From positions 51,886 to 83,885 of the forward strand of contig JBBDNF010000013.1 of NCBI GenBank assembly GCA_040877685.1: DNA of 32,000 nt, read 5' to 3'. Position numbers and translations under genes: made by a program. Each line of letters begins with the position of its first letter. The stretch's first letter is position 1. Positions 16,956 to 25,576 of the stretch are shown piece after piece. The stretch comes from Nitrosopumilaceae archaeon (GTDB lineage Archaea > Thermoproteota > Nitrososphaeria > Nitrososphaerales > Nitrosopumilaceae). The notes under the pieces are model-generated. The model was not told where the DNA came from. It saw nothing but the letters and a program-made list of their open reading frames with translations, and made no database searches.

Positions 16956-16963
16956 TTTTTAAA
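16956..16963 (-). promoter_or_regulatory. TATA-like box of rpl39e-rpl31e
   Basis: The minus strand reads TTTAAAAA, centred ~27 nt upstream of ATG 16932. Confidence 0.35.
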
Positions 16964-17004
16964 TGAATCTCAAATCGAGTGTGTTTACAGCACAATAGTA
17001 AATA

Positions 17005-17658
17005 TTATGATTTTTCAGACATCTCATTTGATAGAAGATTTATCATTTGTTTTAGGATCCTCGCTGACGCGCCCCAGATTAGCTTATTTTGGTATCTAAA
17101 AGTATACATCTCTTGTATTGATTTGTGAGATGGATCCCTGTCATCTTCTATTGTCTTAAGAAGTGGAAACAACGGAATGTGCAGGATCTCTTCTATTTCA
17201 GAATTTGGTTTAAGCTTAGGTATGTCTGATTGAATAGTAACAAATGGTATGATTGTAAAACCTGAATTTAAGGTAGTGACTGTTCTAAGCTGACCTATGA
17301 TTTGTTGCCTCGATATGTCAAGATTAATTTCTTCCTTTGCTTCTCGCAGAGCTGTTACAAGAAGATCCATATCATCTTGTTTCCATGTTCCGCCAGGAAA
17401 GGAGATCTCTCCTGCATGTAGATTCATTGTTTTTGGTCGTTGTGTCATTATTATAGTGGATTCGGAACCATAAATTACAACCAACACTGCGGCAAGCTTT
17501 GTCTGACCGTTTTGTTTTGCTTCTGGCAAAATTTTGCTTACTAATGCTTTTTTTAGCGTTTCAATTTCCAATGAAATATAGTTCAGCTGGATTGTTATTG
17601 ACTGTTGCCGTTCAAAGGTTATAATCAAGTAATCTAGAAAATCTTCTATGACAATCAC
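17005..17658 (-). CDS. Nudix hydrolase (CoA-pyrophosphatase-like)
   Basis: The Nudix box is GEISFPGGTWKQDDMDLLVTALREAKEEINL. The GTG start at 17658 overlaps the divergent gene by 11 nt. An alternative TTG at 17628 would remove the overlap. Confidence 0.8.
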   Translation of the reverse strand: MIVIEDFLDYLIITFERQQSITIQLNYISLEIETLKKALVSKILPEAKQNGQTKLAAVLVVIYGSESTIIMTQRPKTMNLHAGEISFPGGTWKQDDMDLLVTALREAKEEINLDISRQQIIGQLRTVTTLNSGFTIIPFVTIQSDIPKLKPNSEIEEILHIPLFPLLKTIEDDRDPSHKSIQEMYTFRYQNKLIWGASARILKQMINLLSNEMSEKS

Positions 17659-18406
17659 ATACGAGATAAACCCACCAAAGGTGATTCAGGATACAGTACT
17701 GTCTCATAAGGAGTTACAAGACTCTGTAAACCGCCTAAAAGAGAGAGTGTTTGCTATTCGTAATGTTTGTAATAGTATTCATGTAACAGACTCTGTACTT
17801 GGAATACCACGAATTTCTCCTATTACAATAGGTGCATTGATTAGAAATTCTAATGATGCGATTGAACTTTCTGCTAGTGTTCGTGTAAGAGACAGAAACC
17901 TTACATCGCTTACCCAGTCAATTTGCGATGCCATACTACTTGGACTAAATGGTGTTTTGATCCTAAAGGGCGATCCTCCACCCGCAGGACCAAAGGATTC
18001 CAAGCTCGTACCAAGCGAAGTGGTAAAACAATTCAACGAACAAGGCTTTGGAAAAAAAATTGATCTCTTTCTTTCGTTACCTAGTAATCCAGACTTTAGT
18101 AAAATACACAAAAAAATTGAGGCAGAACCACGGGGGTTTGTAACTCAAGTTGTTAATTCACTTGATCAGATAACAAGAATAGTGGAGAAATTAAAACCAC
18201 AAGGATTTAGAATCATTCCTTGCATAATGCTACCAACAGAAAAAAATACAAAATCAGCAAGAATGCTAAACCTTGACTGGTCGAATTACTGTGATGATAC
18301 AGTTAGCTTCATAAAAAATGCTCATGAAATTTCAGGCGATGTGCTCATAAGTTCTCCAAATGATTTTAAGGGGGCGCTTGAGACTCTAAAGAAGTTATCA
18401 AGTTGA
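17648..18406 (+). CDS. Methylenetetrahydrofolate reductase (MetF)-like TIM-barrel protein, short form
   Basis: 252 aa. Four collinear matches to MetF motifs: TYEINPPK ~ SFEFFPPR; IHVTDS ~ VSVTYG; VLILKGDPP ~ IVALRGDLP; FVTQVV ~ AITQFF. The conserved Glu and Asp are kept. The match was made by eye only. Confidence 0.6.
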   Translation: MTITYEINPPKVIQDTVLSHKELQDSVNRLKERVFAIRNVCNSIHVTDSVLGIPRISPITIGALIRNSNDAIELSASVRVRDRNLTSLTQSICDAILLGLNGVLILKGDPPPAGPKDSKLVPSEVVKQFNEQGFGKKIDLFLSLPSNPDFSKIHKKIEAEPRGFVTQVVNSLDQITRIVEKLKPQGFRIIPCIMLPTEKNTKSARMLNLDWSNYCDDTVSFIKNAHEISGDVLISSPNDFKGALETLKKLSS

Positions 18407-19329
18407 TCTCCTCTTACACTGTTGGAATTTATCCACGATCTGAAGAGCTTATTGAAGCTACTCGTAAAAATGCAAAAAATCTTTCTTCGTTATATTTAGC
18501 TGGAAAAAAAGAATACATTGTAATCCAGAAAAAGGCAAAGCTTAGTTATGTTTGCGACCCACTTGTGGACTGGGATGACATATTCAGACCATTTTCTAAG
18601 TTAAAGTCAGTCAAACTTGAGGCTTTGAACCGTGTCTATGAGACAAATACATTCTATAGGAAGCTCTCCTTTGATGGGGATTTGTCAGACGCTGGCAATA
18701 TTATAAGATCAAATCTAGCTGTTTCATTGCTTCCAAAGAACAGAGTCGCATGTATTGCAGACCCATACACATTTGCTGATGTACATCTTAGTACAAAATA
18801 CAAGAAAAAAGAGGAATTTACAATTGCAATAGCAAAAATGCTAAGAAAGGAAATAGATGCTTTGGTAAAATCTGGTTTTGGACTGATTCAGCTTGTTGCT
18901 CCGTCTATTGCTTACAATGCTAAAGTGGACTTAGGATTAGTAAAAAATGCCTTGAGTATTATTACACGTGGCCTAAAAGCAAAAACTGTTCTTCACCTTT
19001 ACTTTGGGGATGTCTCAAAAAAAATGGAAAAACTTTTAGATCTTCCAGTTTCAGGCCTTGGTTTTGATATCACATCTACTCCTATATCTTCAATCAAAAA
19101 GCATAGCTTTTCTGGAAAGTTGCTTGCAGTAGGCATGATAAACTCGTACAATACCAAGCTTGAAGACAAAGCAGAATGCATTTTGGAGTTAAACAATATA
19201 ATATCAAAGACAAAGCCTGAGGAATCATTTGTAACAACAAACTTTGATCTTCAATACTTACCCAAAGAGTTTGCAGTTAGAAAGATATTGAGGCTTGGTG
19301 AGATCGCAAAGGGAGTAAAAAGTGCATAA
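18403..19329 (+). CDS. MetE-like (beta/alpha)8 barrel protein lacking the zinc ligands (resembles the N-terminal half of MetE)
   Basis: 308 aa. The TTG start overlaps the upstream stop (TTGA). The protein is collinear with the next gene, but the H-x-C, E and C ligand positions read HLY, D and NFDLQ. Confidence 0.6.
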   Translation: MISSYTVGIYPRSEELIEATRKNAKNLSSLYLAGKKEYIVIQKKAKLSYVCDPLVDWDDIFRPFSKLKSVKLEALNRVYETNTFYRKLSFDGDLSDAGNIIRSNLAVSLLPKNRVACIADPYTFADVHLSTKYKKKEEFTIAIAKMLRKEIDALVKSGFGLIQLVAPSIAYNAKVDLGLVKNALSIITRGLKAKTVLHLYFGDVSKKMEKLLDLPVSGLGFDITSTPISSIKKHSFSGKLLAVGMINSYNTKLEDKAECILELNNIISKTKPEESFVTTNFDLQYLPKEFAVRKILRLGEIAKGVKSA

Positions 19330-20335
19330 GTATTTTCCTACTCAAGAAATAGGTAGTCTGAAAAAACCATCGTGGCTTTTAAATGTGGTAAAAAATCCAG
19401 ACATATCAAAAGAGGACAAAGCAAAGGCCAGAAACGATGCTGCTTTGTTAAACATAAAAACACTTGAGGATCTTGGACTTGACATAATTTATGATGGAGA
19501 AGTAAGACGAGTTGAGATGTATGAAGAGCCTGTTAGATACATCAAAGGATTTGAGTTTGCAGGACGCGTGAGATCTTGGGACAACAAATATTACAACAAG
19601 GCACGAGTCACAAGCGAAATTGATTACAAGCAAAACTTTCATAGTGACGAATTCAAATTCATAAAAGAAAATGCCAAGCATGAGATCAAGGTACCAGTAA
19701 CTGGCGCTTATACTCTGGCTGATTGGTCATACAATGAACACTACAAATCAAAAGAAGATCTTGTTATTGCATTAGCAAAAAAGGTTGTCAGACCACTTGT
19801 GCAGGATTTAGCAAAGATTGGTGCTAAAATTATTCAAATAGATGAACCTGCAGCTACAACACATCCTTCTGAAATGGAAATTTTCCGTGACTCTGTAAAC
19901 GAATCTGTTAAAGGAGTAAATGCAAAATTTGTAGTACATGCGTGTTTTTCAGGTAATGATTATGAAGCTTTGGCTCCAGAGATGCCTGAAATAAAAGCTC
20001 AACAGTACACACTAGAATTTGCAAATCGTGATTCGTGGAACTTGGGAGTAAATGATAAAGAAAGAAAGGGATACCATGTGATCAAACTGTTCAAAGAATA
20101 TGGATTCAAAGGTGAGATTGGAATTGGTGTCACTGATGTACATGTTGACAAGATAGAGACACCAAAACTTGTACGTGATAGAATATTATATGCTGCAAAA
20201 GCAATTGGAGATGCTGCGAAAATTTATGTAAACCCTGATTGTGGTCTTAGAACAAGATCAAGAACTATCGCTTTTGAAAAAATCAGAGCTATGGTCAAAG
20301 GTGCAGAACTTGCAAGACAGGCAATTGGTAACTAG
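19322..20335 (+). CDS. metE: Cobalamin-independent methionine synthase, short archaeal core-MetE (catalytic C-terminal-domain type)
   Basis: 337 aa. The GTG start overlaps the upstream gene by 8 nt. All four Zn-ligand motifs are present: VVHACFSG (His-x-Cys), YTLEFANRD (Glu) and VNPDCGLRTR (Cys). Confidence 0.8.
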   Translation: MHKYFPTQEIGSLKKPSWLLNVVKNPDISKEDKAKARNDAALLNIKTLEDLGLDIIYDGEVRRVEMYEEPVRYIKGFEFAGRVRSWDNKYYNKARVTSEIDYKQNFHSDEFKFIKENAKHEIKVPVTGAYTLADWSYNEHYKSKEDLVIALAKKVVRPLVQDLAKIGAKIIQIDEPAATTHPSEMEIFRDSVNESVKGVNAKFVVHACFSGNDYEALAPEMPEIKAQQYTLEFANRDSWNLGVNDKERKGYHVIKLFKEYGFKGEIGIGVTDVHVDKIETPKLVRDRILYAAKAIGDAAKIYVNPDCGLRTRSRTIAFEKIRAMVKGAELARQAIGN

Positions 20336-20418
20336 CGAAATATTCTGTAAAGTAGGAATTCAGATAATGCGACCTTACATTAAAATCCAGCAACTTCTTC
20401 TGGACTATCGTCTTCAAT

Positions 20419-21483
20419 ATGTGGCTAAATCCAATTACAAAAGCAAATTTTTTTGCCTTGTTTATATTGAGCTTAATTACATCTCAGTTTGCGAGCGCAC
20501 AGGTATGGATTCCTGAAAGTGAATTTGCTGGATATTTTGATTACAATGGTATTTACACCGTGGTGGGAGCAGTAAAAAATTCAGAAGAATATGCTGTAGT
20601 TCCCACTGTAGAAATCAAAATACAAGATGGAGATAGAATTGTTTCAGAATCTTACACTTTACCAACTACAAATCCATCCAAAGATATTCCATTTAAAATC
20701 AAATTTGCACAGGTTTCTAGTGAAAATCCATTACTTGAAAAACCAGCTGTTACCTTTGTAACTACAACTAAAGAAAGAAGTGGTATAGAAGTGGTTTATG
20801 ATAAAACGCTTGTCAAACATCCCGATGGTCACACTTCTGGTTTTATAATAAATAATGGTGTTTTGCCTGCATATGGAGTCAAAGTGTACGCCCTCATCCA
20901 TGGAGAAGGTAGCAAATTAATCGATGTGGGCAAGAGTGTTGAAACTATAGAAAAAATAGAGCATGGGGAGAAAAAAGAATTTTCTATTTATCCTGATCCC
21001 TCTATAGCATCCCAAGTAAGTTACTACAGCTGTTTTGCGATTGGAGATGACATGGTAATACCAATGTTTGTTATGAGGGAAGGTAAAAAATTTGAATTTA
21101 GATATGAGTCTAGTGCATACTTTGACAATCTAAAATTTGATGATGAAAAAAATATCCTAGTACTCTTTGCAAGAAATCCCTGGCCTACTGCAGTTTATGC
21201 AAACTTTGAATTTCCTATGGAACATGAGACTCAAAAGTTTTCTGTTCATAAGGATGGTAAACAGGTTAACGCCCTACAAAGTAGGGATGACTATAACAAT
21301 TGGCATGTAGCCTTTAATCTAGAACCACAAACTAGCAGCCAAATTCTGATTTCTGGATTTGAGAATAATGGTGAGACAAACTTACAGACAGGTTTTGAAT
21401 CATATTATTTGCTTGGTATAATCCCGGCAGCTGTCATAATAGCTGGAATTTTTATTCAAAAAAAGAAAAAGCATATGATGTAA
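20419..21483 (+). CDS. Secreted multi-domain surface protein with a C-terminal TM anchor
   Basis: 354 aa. The signal peptide is FFALFILSLITSQFASAQ. The body is beta-rich. The C-terminal domain (~residues 215-310) is homologous to the 8333-8815 and 9341-10081 proteins. The tail is LLGIIPAAVIIAGIFIQKKKK. Confidence 0.6.
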   Translation: MWLNPITKANFFALFILSLITSQFASAQVWIPESEFAGYFDYNGIYTVVGAVKNSEEYAVVPTVEIKIQDGDRIVSESYTLPTTNPSKDIPFKIKFAQVSSENPLLEKPAVTFVTTTKERSGIEVVYDKTLVKHPDGHTSGFIINNGVLPAYGVKVYALIHGEGSKLIDVGKSVETIEKIEHGEKKEFSIYPDPSIASQVSYYSCFAIGDDMVIPMFVMREGKKFEFRYESSAYFDNLKFDDEKNILVLFARNPWPTAVYANFEFPMEHETQKFSVHKDGKQVNALQSRDDYNNWHVAFNLEPQTSSQILISGFENNGETNLQTGFESYYLLGIIPAAVIIAGIFIQKKKKHMM

Positions 21484-21489
21484 AATTGG

Positions 21490-22248
21490 TTAGGCCAGAC
21501 CCCACCTAGACATTACTTTTCTTTCAATTTTTTTGAAAACAAGCCCATCAATTAAAATTCCTATCACCATTATTACAAGCATAGTGGCAATTACTTGTGA
21601 GATGTCATTTAGCTCACGCCCAACGTTTAGTAAAAATCCTAGCCCCAAAAATGAAAAAATTATTTCTGCCCCGATTACACCACGCCATGCAAATGCCCAA
21701 CCCTGTTTGAAACCAGAAATCAGATATGGAAATGCTGCTGGAAGCATAACATGTGTAATAAGCTGAACTCCACTTGCACCTATGTTTCTTGCAGCTGCAA
21801 TATATGATGTTGGAACGTTTTTCATTCCAGAGTAGGTGTTAATCGTTACCGCAAACAACGAACTGGCAACTGTAACAAAAATTATCCCCGCATCAGTAAG
21901 CCCAAACCACAAAAGTGCCAATGGAACCCATGCGACAGAAGGAATTGATTGCAGACCCAGAACTAAAGAACCAATTGTCTGATTTACAGATTCTATTCTG
22001 GCCATAAAAATTCCAAGTGTTATTCCACCAGCTATGGAAATAATTAGTCCAACAACCAGTCTCCACATGCTTGTTGCTATTGCAAAAATCAGGCTGCCAT
22101 CAGCGACTCCATATGCTAAATCTTGTGCAACCTGAACAGGGGATGGAAAGATATGTACAGACCATATGTTTAGTGAAAATACAATTTGCCAAACTACAAT
22201 TATTCCTGCATAGAATGCAATTTTTTTAGCAGCTATCTTTCCTCTCAT
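21490..22248 (-). CDS. ABC transporter permease, NitT/TauT (nitrate/sulfonate/taurine/bicarbonate) family
   Basis: 252 aa with about 6 TM segments. It has an EAA-like loop (AARNIGASGVQLITHVMLPAA) and overlaps the ATPase gene by 4 nt. Confidence 0.85.
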   Translation of the reverse strand: MRGKIAAKKIAFYAGIIVVWQIVFSLNIWSVHIFPSPVQVAQDLAYGVADGSLIFAIATSMWRLVVGLIISIAGGITLGIFMARIESVNQTIGSLVLGLQSIPSVAWVPLALLWFGLTDAGIIFVTVASSLFAVTINTYSGMKNVPTSYIAAARNIGASGVQLITHVMLPAAFPYLISGFKQGWAFAWRGVIGAEIIFSFLGLGFLLNVGRELNDISQVIATMLVIMVIGILIDGLVFKKIERKVMSRWGLA

Positions 22249-23024
22249 TCTTCAAACTCCCTTTTCATCTGAGCCCTTACTTCAGTCTTCAATTCAGCAA
22301 GTATCATTTGTTGATATTTTACCAGATTCTCATCTTCTGCAAGCCTTGGTCTGCGGTAATCTATTGTAATTTCTTTTTTTATCTTAGCAGGTCTATTTTT
22401 GAATACGACCACACGGTTTCCAAGTATTACTGATTCTGAAATACTGTGAGTTACAAATAGAATAGTTTTTTTTGTTCTTTCCCAGATCAATTGCAATTCA
22501 ACCAATAAGAGGTCTCTTGTTTGTGCATCCAATGCAGCAAATGGCTCATCCATCAAAAGAATCTCTGGATCCATGACAAGTGCACGTGCAATTGCAACTC
22601 TTTGCTTCATACCAGTAGATAGTTGGTAGGTGTAAGAGTTTGCAAACTTGGTAAGCTGCATCATATCCAAATATCTTTGCGATATTTGTGAGCGTTCATC
22701 TTTTGGAATACCGGCTATTTTGAGTCCAAACTCTACATTATCAATTACTTTTAACCATGGAAAAAGTGCACCCTCTTGAAAGACCATAGTTCTATCGGGG
22801 CCTGCAGTGGTTATTGATTTACCATTAAGCAAAATTTCACCAGTATCAGGTTTTTCCAATCCAGCTACAATATTCAAGAATGTGGATTTGCCACACCCAG
22901 AAGGTCCAACTATACACACAAAATCGCCTTCTTCTACTTTTAGATCAATCCCGTCTAATGCAAGAACAGGGTTTCCATTGTGATCAAAGTGCTTTACAAT
23001 GTTTTTTGCTTCAAGTTTTGTCAT
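22245..23024 (-). CDS. ABC transporter ATP-binding protein, NitT/TauT family
   Basis: Walker A is GPSGCGKST. The ABC signature is LSTGMKQRVAIARAL. Walker B is ILLMDEPF. Confidence 0.9.
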   Translation of the reverse strand: MTKLEAKNIVKHFDHNGNPVLALDGIDLKVEEGDFVCIVGPSGCGKSTFLNIVAGLEKPDTGEILLNGKSITTAGPDRTMVFQEGALFPWLKVIDNVEFGLKIAGIPKDERSQISQRYLDMMQLTKFANSYTYQLSTGMKQRVAIARALVMDPEILLMDEPFAALDAQTRDLLLVELQLIWERTKKTILFVTHSISESVILGNRVVVFKNRPAKIKKEITIDYRRPRLAEDENLVKYQQMILAELKTEVRAQMKREFEE

Positions 23025-23025
23025 G

Positions 23026-24051
23026 TTATGGCATAATCTCCTTTATAGAATTCAGTGATTCTGTGTAAAATATTCCTTCTAAAGTATATCCTTCTCGTCC
23101 AAGATAACCAAGAGAGTTTGCTCTTTCAGCAAATGCATGAATTGATGACTCTATAGGATCACTCGTAATTTGTAGATTCGAAAATGCGTCGTTAAGGATT
23201 TCTGATGGAAACGTTTTTCCAGTTTTTTTCTTTAGAAAGTCATTAAAAATAAGTTTGGTCTCAGCAGGATGTTCATTTATCCAATCAGATGTTTGTACAT
23301 GTGCTTCCACCCATTTTTGTACAATGTCAGGATGCTTTTCTAAAAATTCAGATCTTACAATTAACATGGTTGATGAAAACTTTTGATCAGGCCACAGATC
23401 TTTTTCTTGAAACAGCCTTATTCCACCAAGTTGTTGCACAAGTCTTGTGGCCCATGGTTCTGGTACCCAAGCTGCATCTAGTTCACCCTTTGAAAAAAGT
23501 GTGAAAATATCTGGGTTTACTACATTAATAACATAAACTGACCCGCCTTTTTCAACAGGCTTCAGATTATTTTGATAAAGATAATTTCTAAGTGAGATAT
23601 CCTGTGTATTTCCTATTTGTGGTGCAGCGATTCTTTTTCCAGAAAAATCAGCTACTGATTCAATTTTTGAATTAGGGTGAATCACAAGACTAACACCCCC
23701 ACTTGCAGCTCCTGCAAGTATCTTCAAGGCTTTTCCGTCAGATTTTAGAAAACCGTTGATAGCAGGTCCAGGACCTACATACGCAAGATCAATTTCGTTT
23801 GCAAATATTGATTCTATTACTTGAGGACCTGAATCAAAAAGCCGTGTTTCTATCACGGTTTGGTTGCCAAGTTTTTCAGCAAAGATTCCTTTTTCGGTGC
23901 CAACTATAGCAATAGAATGTCCAAGGTTTGGAAAGAATGCCACTCTGACTGTATTTTCAGGAGTAGAGTTTGATGCTGATGTTCCAAATGCAATCATGGC
24001 AACTGCTACAGCCACTACTACCGCAGATACTACAGCAGCAACAATTTTCAT
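23026..24051 (-). CDS. ABC substrate-binding protein, NMT1/THI5-like (SsuA/TauA-type), membrane-anchored
   Basis: 341 aa with an N-terminal hydrophobic anchor, MKIVAAVVSAVVVAVAVAMIAFG. It has a periplasmic-binding-protein type 2 pattern and lies 1 nt upstream of the ATPase gene. Confidence 0.8.
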   Translation of the reverse strand: MKIVAAVVSAVVVAVAVAMIAFGTSASNSTPENTVRVAFFPNLGHSIAIVGTEKGIFAEKLGNQTVIETRLFDSGPQVIESIFANEIDLAYVGPGPAINGFLKSDGKALKILAGAASGGVSLVIHPNSKIESVADFSGKRIAAPQIGNTQDISLRNYLYQNNLKPVEKGGSVYVINVVNPDIFTLFSKGELDAAWVPEPWATRLVQQLGGIRLFQEKDLWPDQKFSSTMLIVRSEFLEKHPDIVQKWVEAHVQTSDWINEHPAETKLIFNDFLKKKTGKTFPSEILNDAFSNLQITSDPIESSIHAFAERANSLGYLGREGYTLEGIFYTESLNSIKEIMP

Positions 24052-24158
24052 ATAACGCTGTTATAATATTGCGGTTAAATAGTGTTCGAAATTTAGCTCA
24101 AGCTACTTAATTTTTTCATCTCACTTTTTGATTTTATGAGATTAGAAAATGTGAAACA

Positions 24159-25397
24159 ATGATCCGAGCACAAAAGATAAATGCGAAAATCAGATCACAG
24201 AAAACCTCAATGAAAGGAAAGGCTGTTCTAGCGTTCTCTGGTGGATTAGACACGTCTGTGGTTGTGAAATATCTGCAGGAAAAACACAACATGGATGTTG
24301 TTACTGTCACGGTTGACGTTGGACAAGGAGATGATCAAAAGAAAATTGCAACAAAGGCAAAGAAACTTGGAGTTGTAAAACATTATAATTTAGACGCGCG
24401 TGATGAGTTTGTCAAAGACTTTATTTTTCCTTCAATTAAAGCAAATGCACTTTATCAAAAAAAATATTGTCTTGCAACGGCACTAACAAGGCCACTTATT
24501 GCACAAAAAGTAGTAAACATTGCTAAAAAAGAAAATGCAAAAGCGCTGGCTCATGGATGCACGGGGAAAGGAAATGATCAGGTAAGGTTTGATGTTACCA
24601 TGCGATCAAGTTCCACCCTTCCGATAATAGCTCCAATTCGAGATCTAAATCTCACACGTGATGTAGAATTAAAATTTGCAAAAAAGCATGGAATTCAAGT
24701 GGATACTGCAGCAAAAAAGTTTAGTATAGATCAGAATTTGTGGGGAAGGGCAATTGAAGGTGGTGCGCTGGAAGATTCGTACAAAGAACCTCCTGATGAT
24801 GCTTTCATATGGGTAAAAACCAAGAATCTACCTAACAAGCCCCAGTATTTGGAAATAAAATTCAAGGAAGGCATTCCAATTGCAGTAGATGGTAAAAACC
24901 TAAAGCCGATCGAGTTGATAGAATACATTAACAAAAAGGCGGGTTCATGTGGTGTTGGCATAGTAGATCATATTGAAGATCGTATAGTGGGCATAAAATC
25001 ACGTGAAGTCTATGAAACACCAGCTGCAACCTGCCTAATTGAGGCACACGCCGATCTTGAAAAAATGGTTCTCACAAAGCATGAACTTAAGTTCAAATCT
25101 ATGGTGGATTCGGAGTGGGCATGGTTAGTCTATTCTGGACTATGGCAAGACCCACTAAAGTCAGATTTAGATATGTTTATCAATGCCACTCAGATGAGAG
25201 TTAGCGGAACTGTAAAGCTGAAGATGTTCAAAGGAAGTTTACGCGTTGTTGGAAGGAAATCAGATTATTCGTTGTATAGCCACGATCTGGCAACATACGG
25301 ATCTGGTTCAATCTTTGACCAAACTCTTGCAAAAGGGTTTGTTGAGCTGTGGGGAATGCAGTCCACAGAAGCTAATAAATTACTAAAAAAGAGGTGA
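24159..25397 (+). CDS. argG: Argininosuccinate synthase
   Basis: AVLAFSGGLDTSV is the N-type ATP pyrophosphatase motif. GCTGKGNDQVRF and the remaining collinearity fit ArgG. The track start at 24159 adds a 17-aa basic extension. ATG 24210 (MKGKAVLAFSGG) is an equally plausible start. Confidence 0.9.
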   Translation: MIRAQKINAKIRSQKTSMKGKAVLAFSGGLDTSVVVKYLQEKHNMDVVTVTVDVGQGDDQKKIATKAKKLGVVKHYNLDARDEFVKDFIFPSIKANALYQKKYCLATALTRPLIAQKVVNIAKKENAKALAHGCTGKGNDQVRFDVTMRSSSTLPIIAPIRDLNLTRDVELKFAKKHGIQVDTAAKKFSIDQNLWGRAIEGGALEDSYKEPPDDAFIWVKTKNLPNKPQYLEIKFKEGIPIAVDGKNLKPIELIEYINKKAGSCGVGIVDHIEDRIVGIKSREVYETPAATCLIEAHADLEKMVLTKHELKFKSMVDSEWAWLVYSGLWQDPLKSDLDMFINATQMRVSGTVKLKMFKGSLRVVGRKSDYSLYSHDLATYGSGSIFDQTLAKGFVELWGMQSTEANKLLKKR

Positions 25398-25408
25398 AAA
25401 AGTAAATA

Positions 25409-25576
25409 ATGAATTGTCCAGAATGTGATGCAAAATTAAATATTCCAGATGACGCTGCGGTGGGAGAAATAATTTCATGTCCGGATTGCGGTTCAGACTT
25501 TGAGATTGCATCAAAAAATGGTTCTACTTGCCAGCTAAAACAGGCTGAGAAAGTCGGCGAAGATTGGGGAGAGTAA
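25409..25576 (+). CDS. lysW: LysW-type amino-group carrier protein (copy 1, canonical EDWGE tail)
   Basis: 55-codon ORF below the track cutoff: MNCPECDAKLNIPDDAAVGEIISCPDCGSDFEIASKNGSTCQLKQAEKVGEDWGE. It has a CxxC...CxxC zinc ribbon plus an acidic tail. Its stop abuts the ATG of the ligase gene. Confidence 0.8.
   Translation: MNCPECDAKLNIPDDAAVGEIISCPDCGSDFEIASKNGSTCQLKQAEKVGEDWGE

Noticed and set aside
16933-16995. A 21-codon extension of the L39e ORF ([21 protein letters not shown]).
   Set aside because: L39e is ~51 aa. The internal ATG gives the canonical MAAHKS... N-terminus, and the TATA-like box falls inside the extension.
20241-20516. A 91-aa ORF bridging the metE 3' end and the start of the surface-protein gene.
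   Set aside because: It is out of frame with, and overlaps, two well-supported genes. It has no motif and no promoter or coupling geometry.
24052-24158. A possible riboswitch (for example TPP, given the THI5-like binding protein) or hairpin operator in the ABC/argG divergent region. The inverted repeat is ATCTCA (24118-24123) / TGAGAT (24137-24142).
   Set aside because: I found no TPP-riboswitch core sequences (such as CUGAGA...ACCUGAUCUGGAUAAUGCCAGCG-like segments) on either strand. The inverted repeat has only 6-bp arms with a 13-nt spacer, which is unremarkable in AT-rich DNA.
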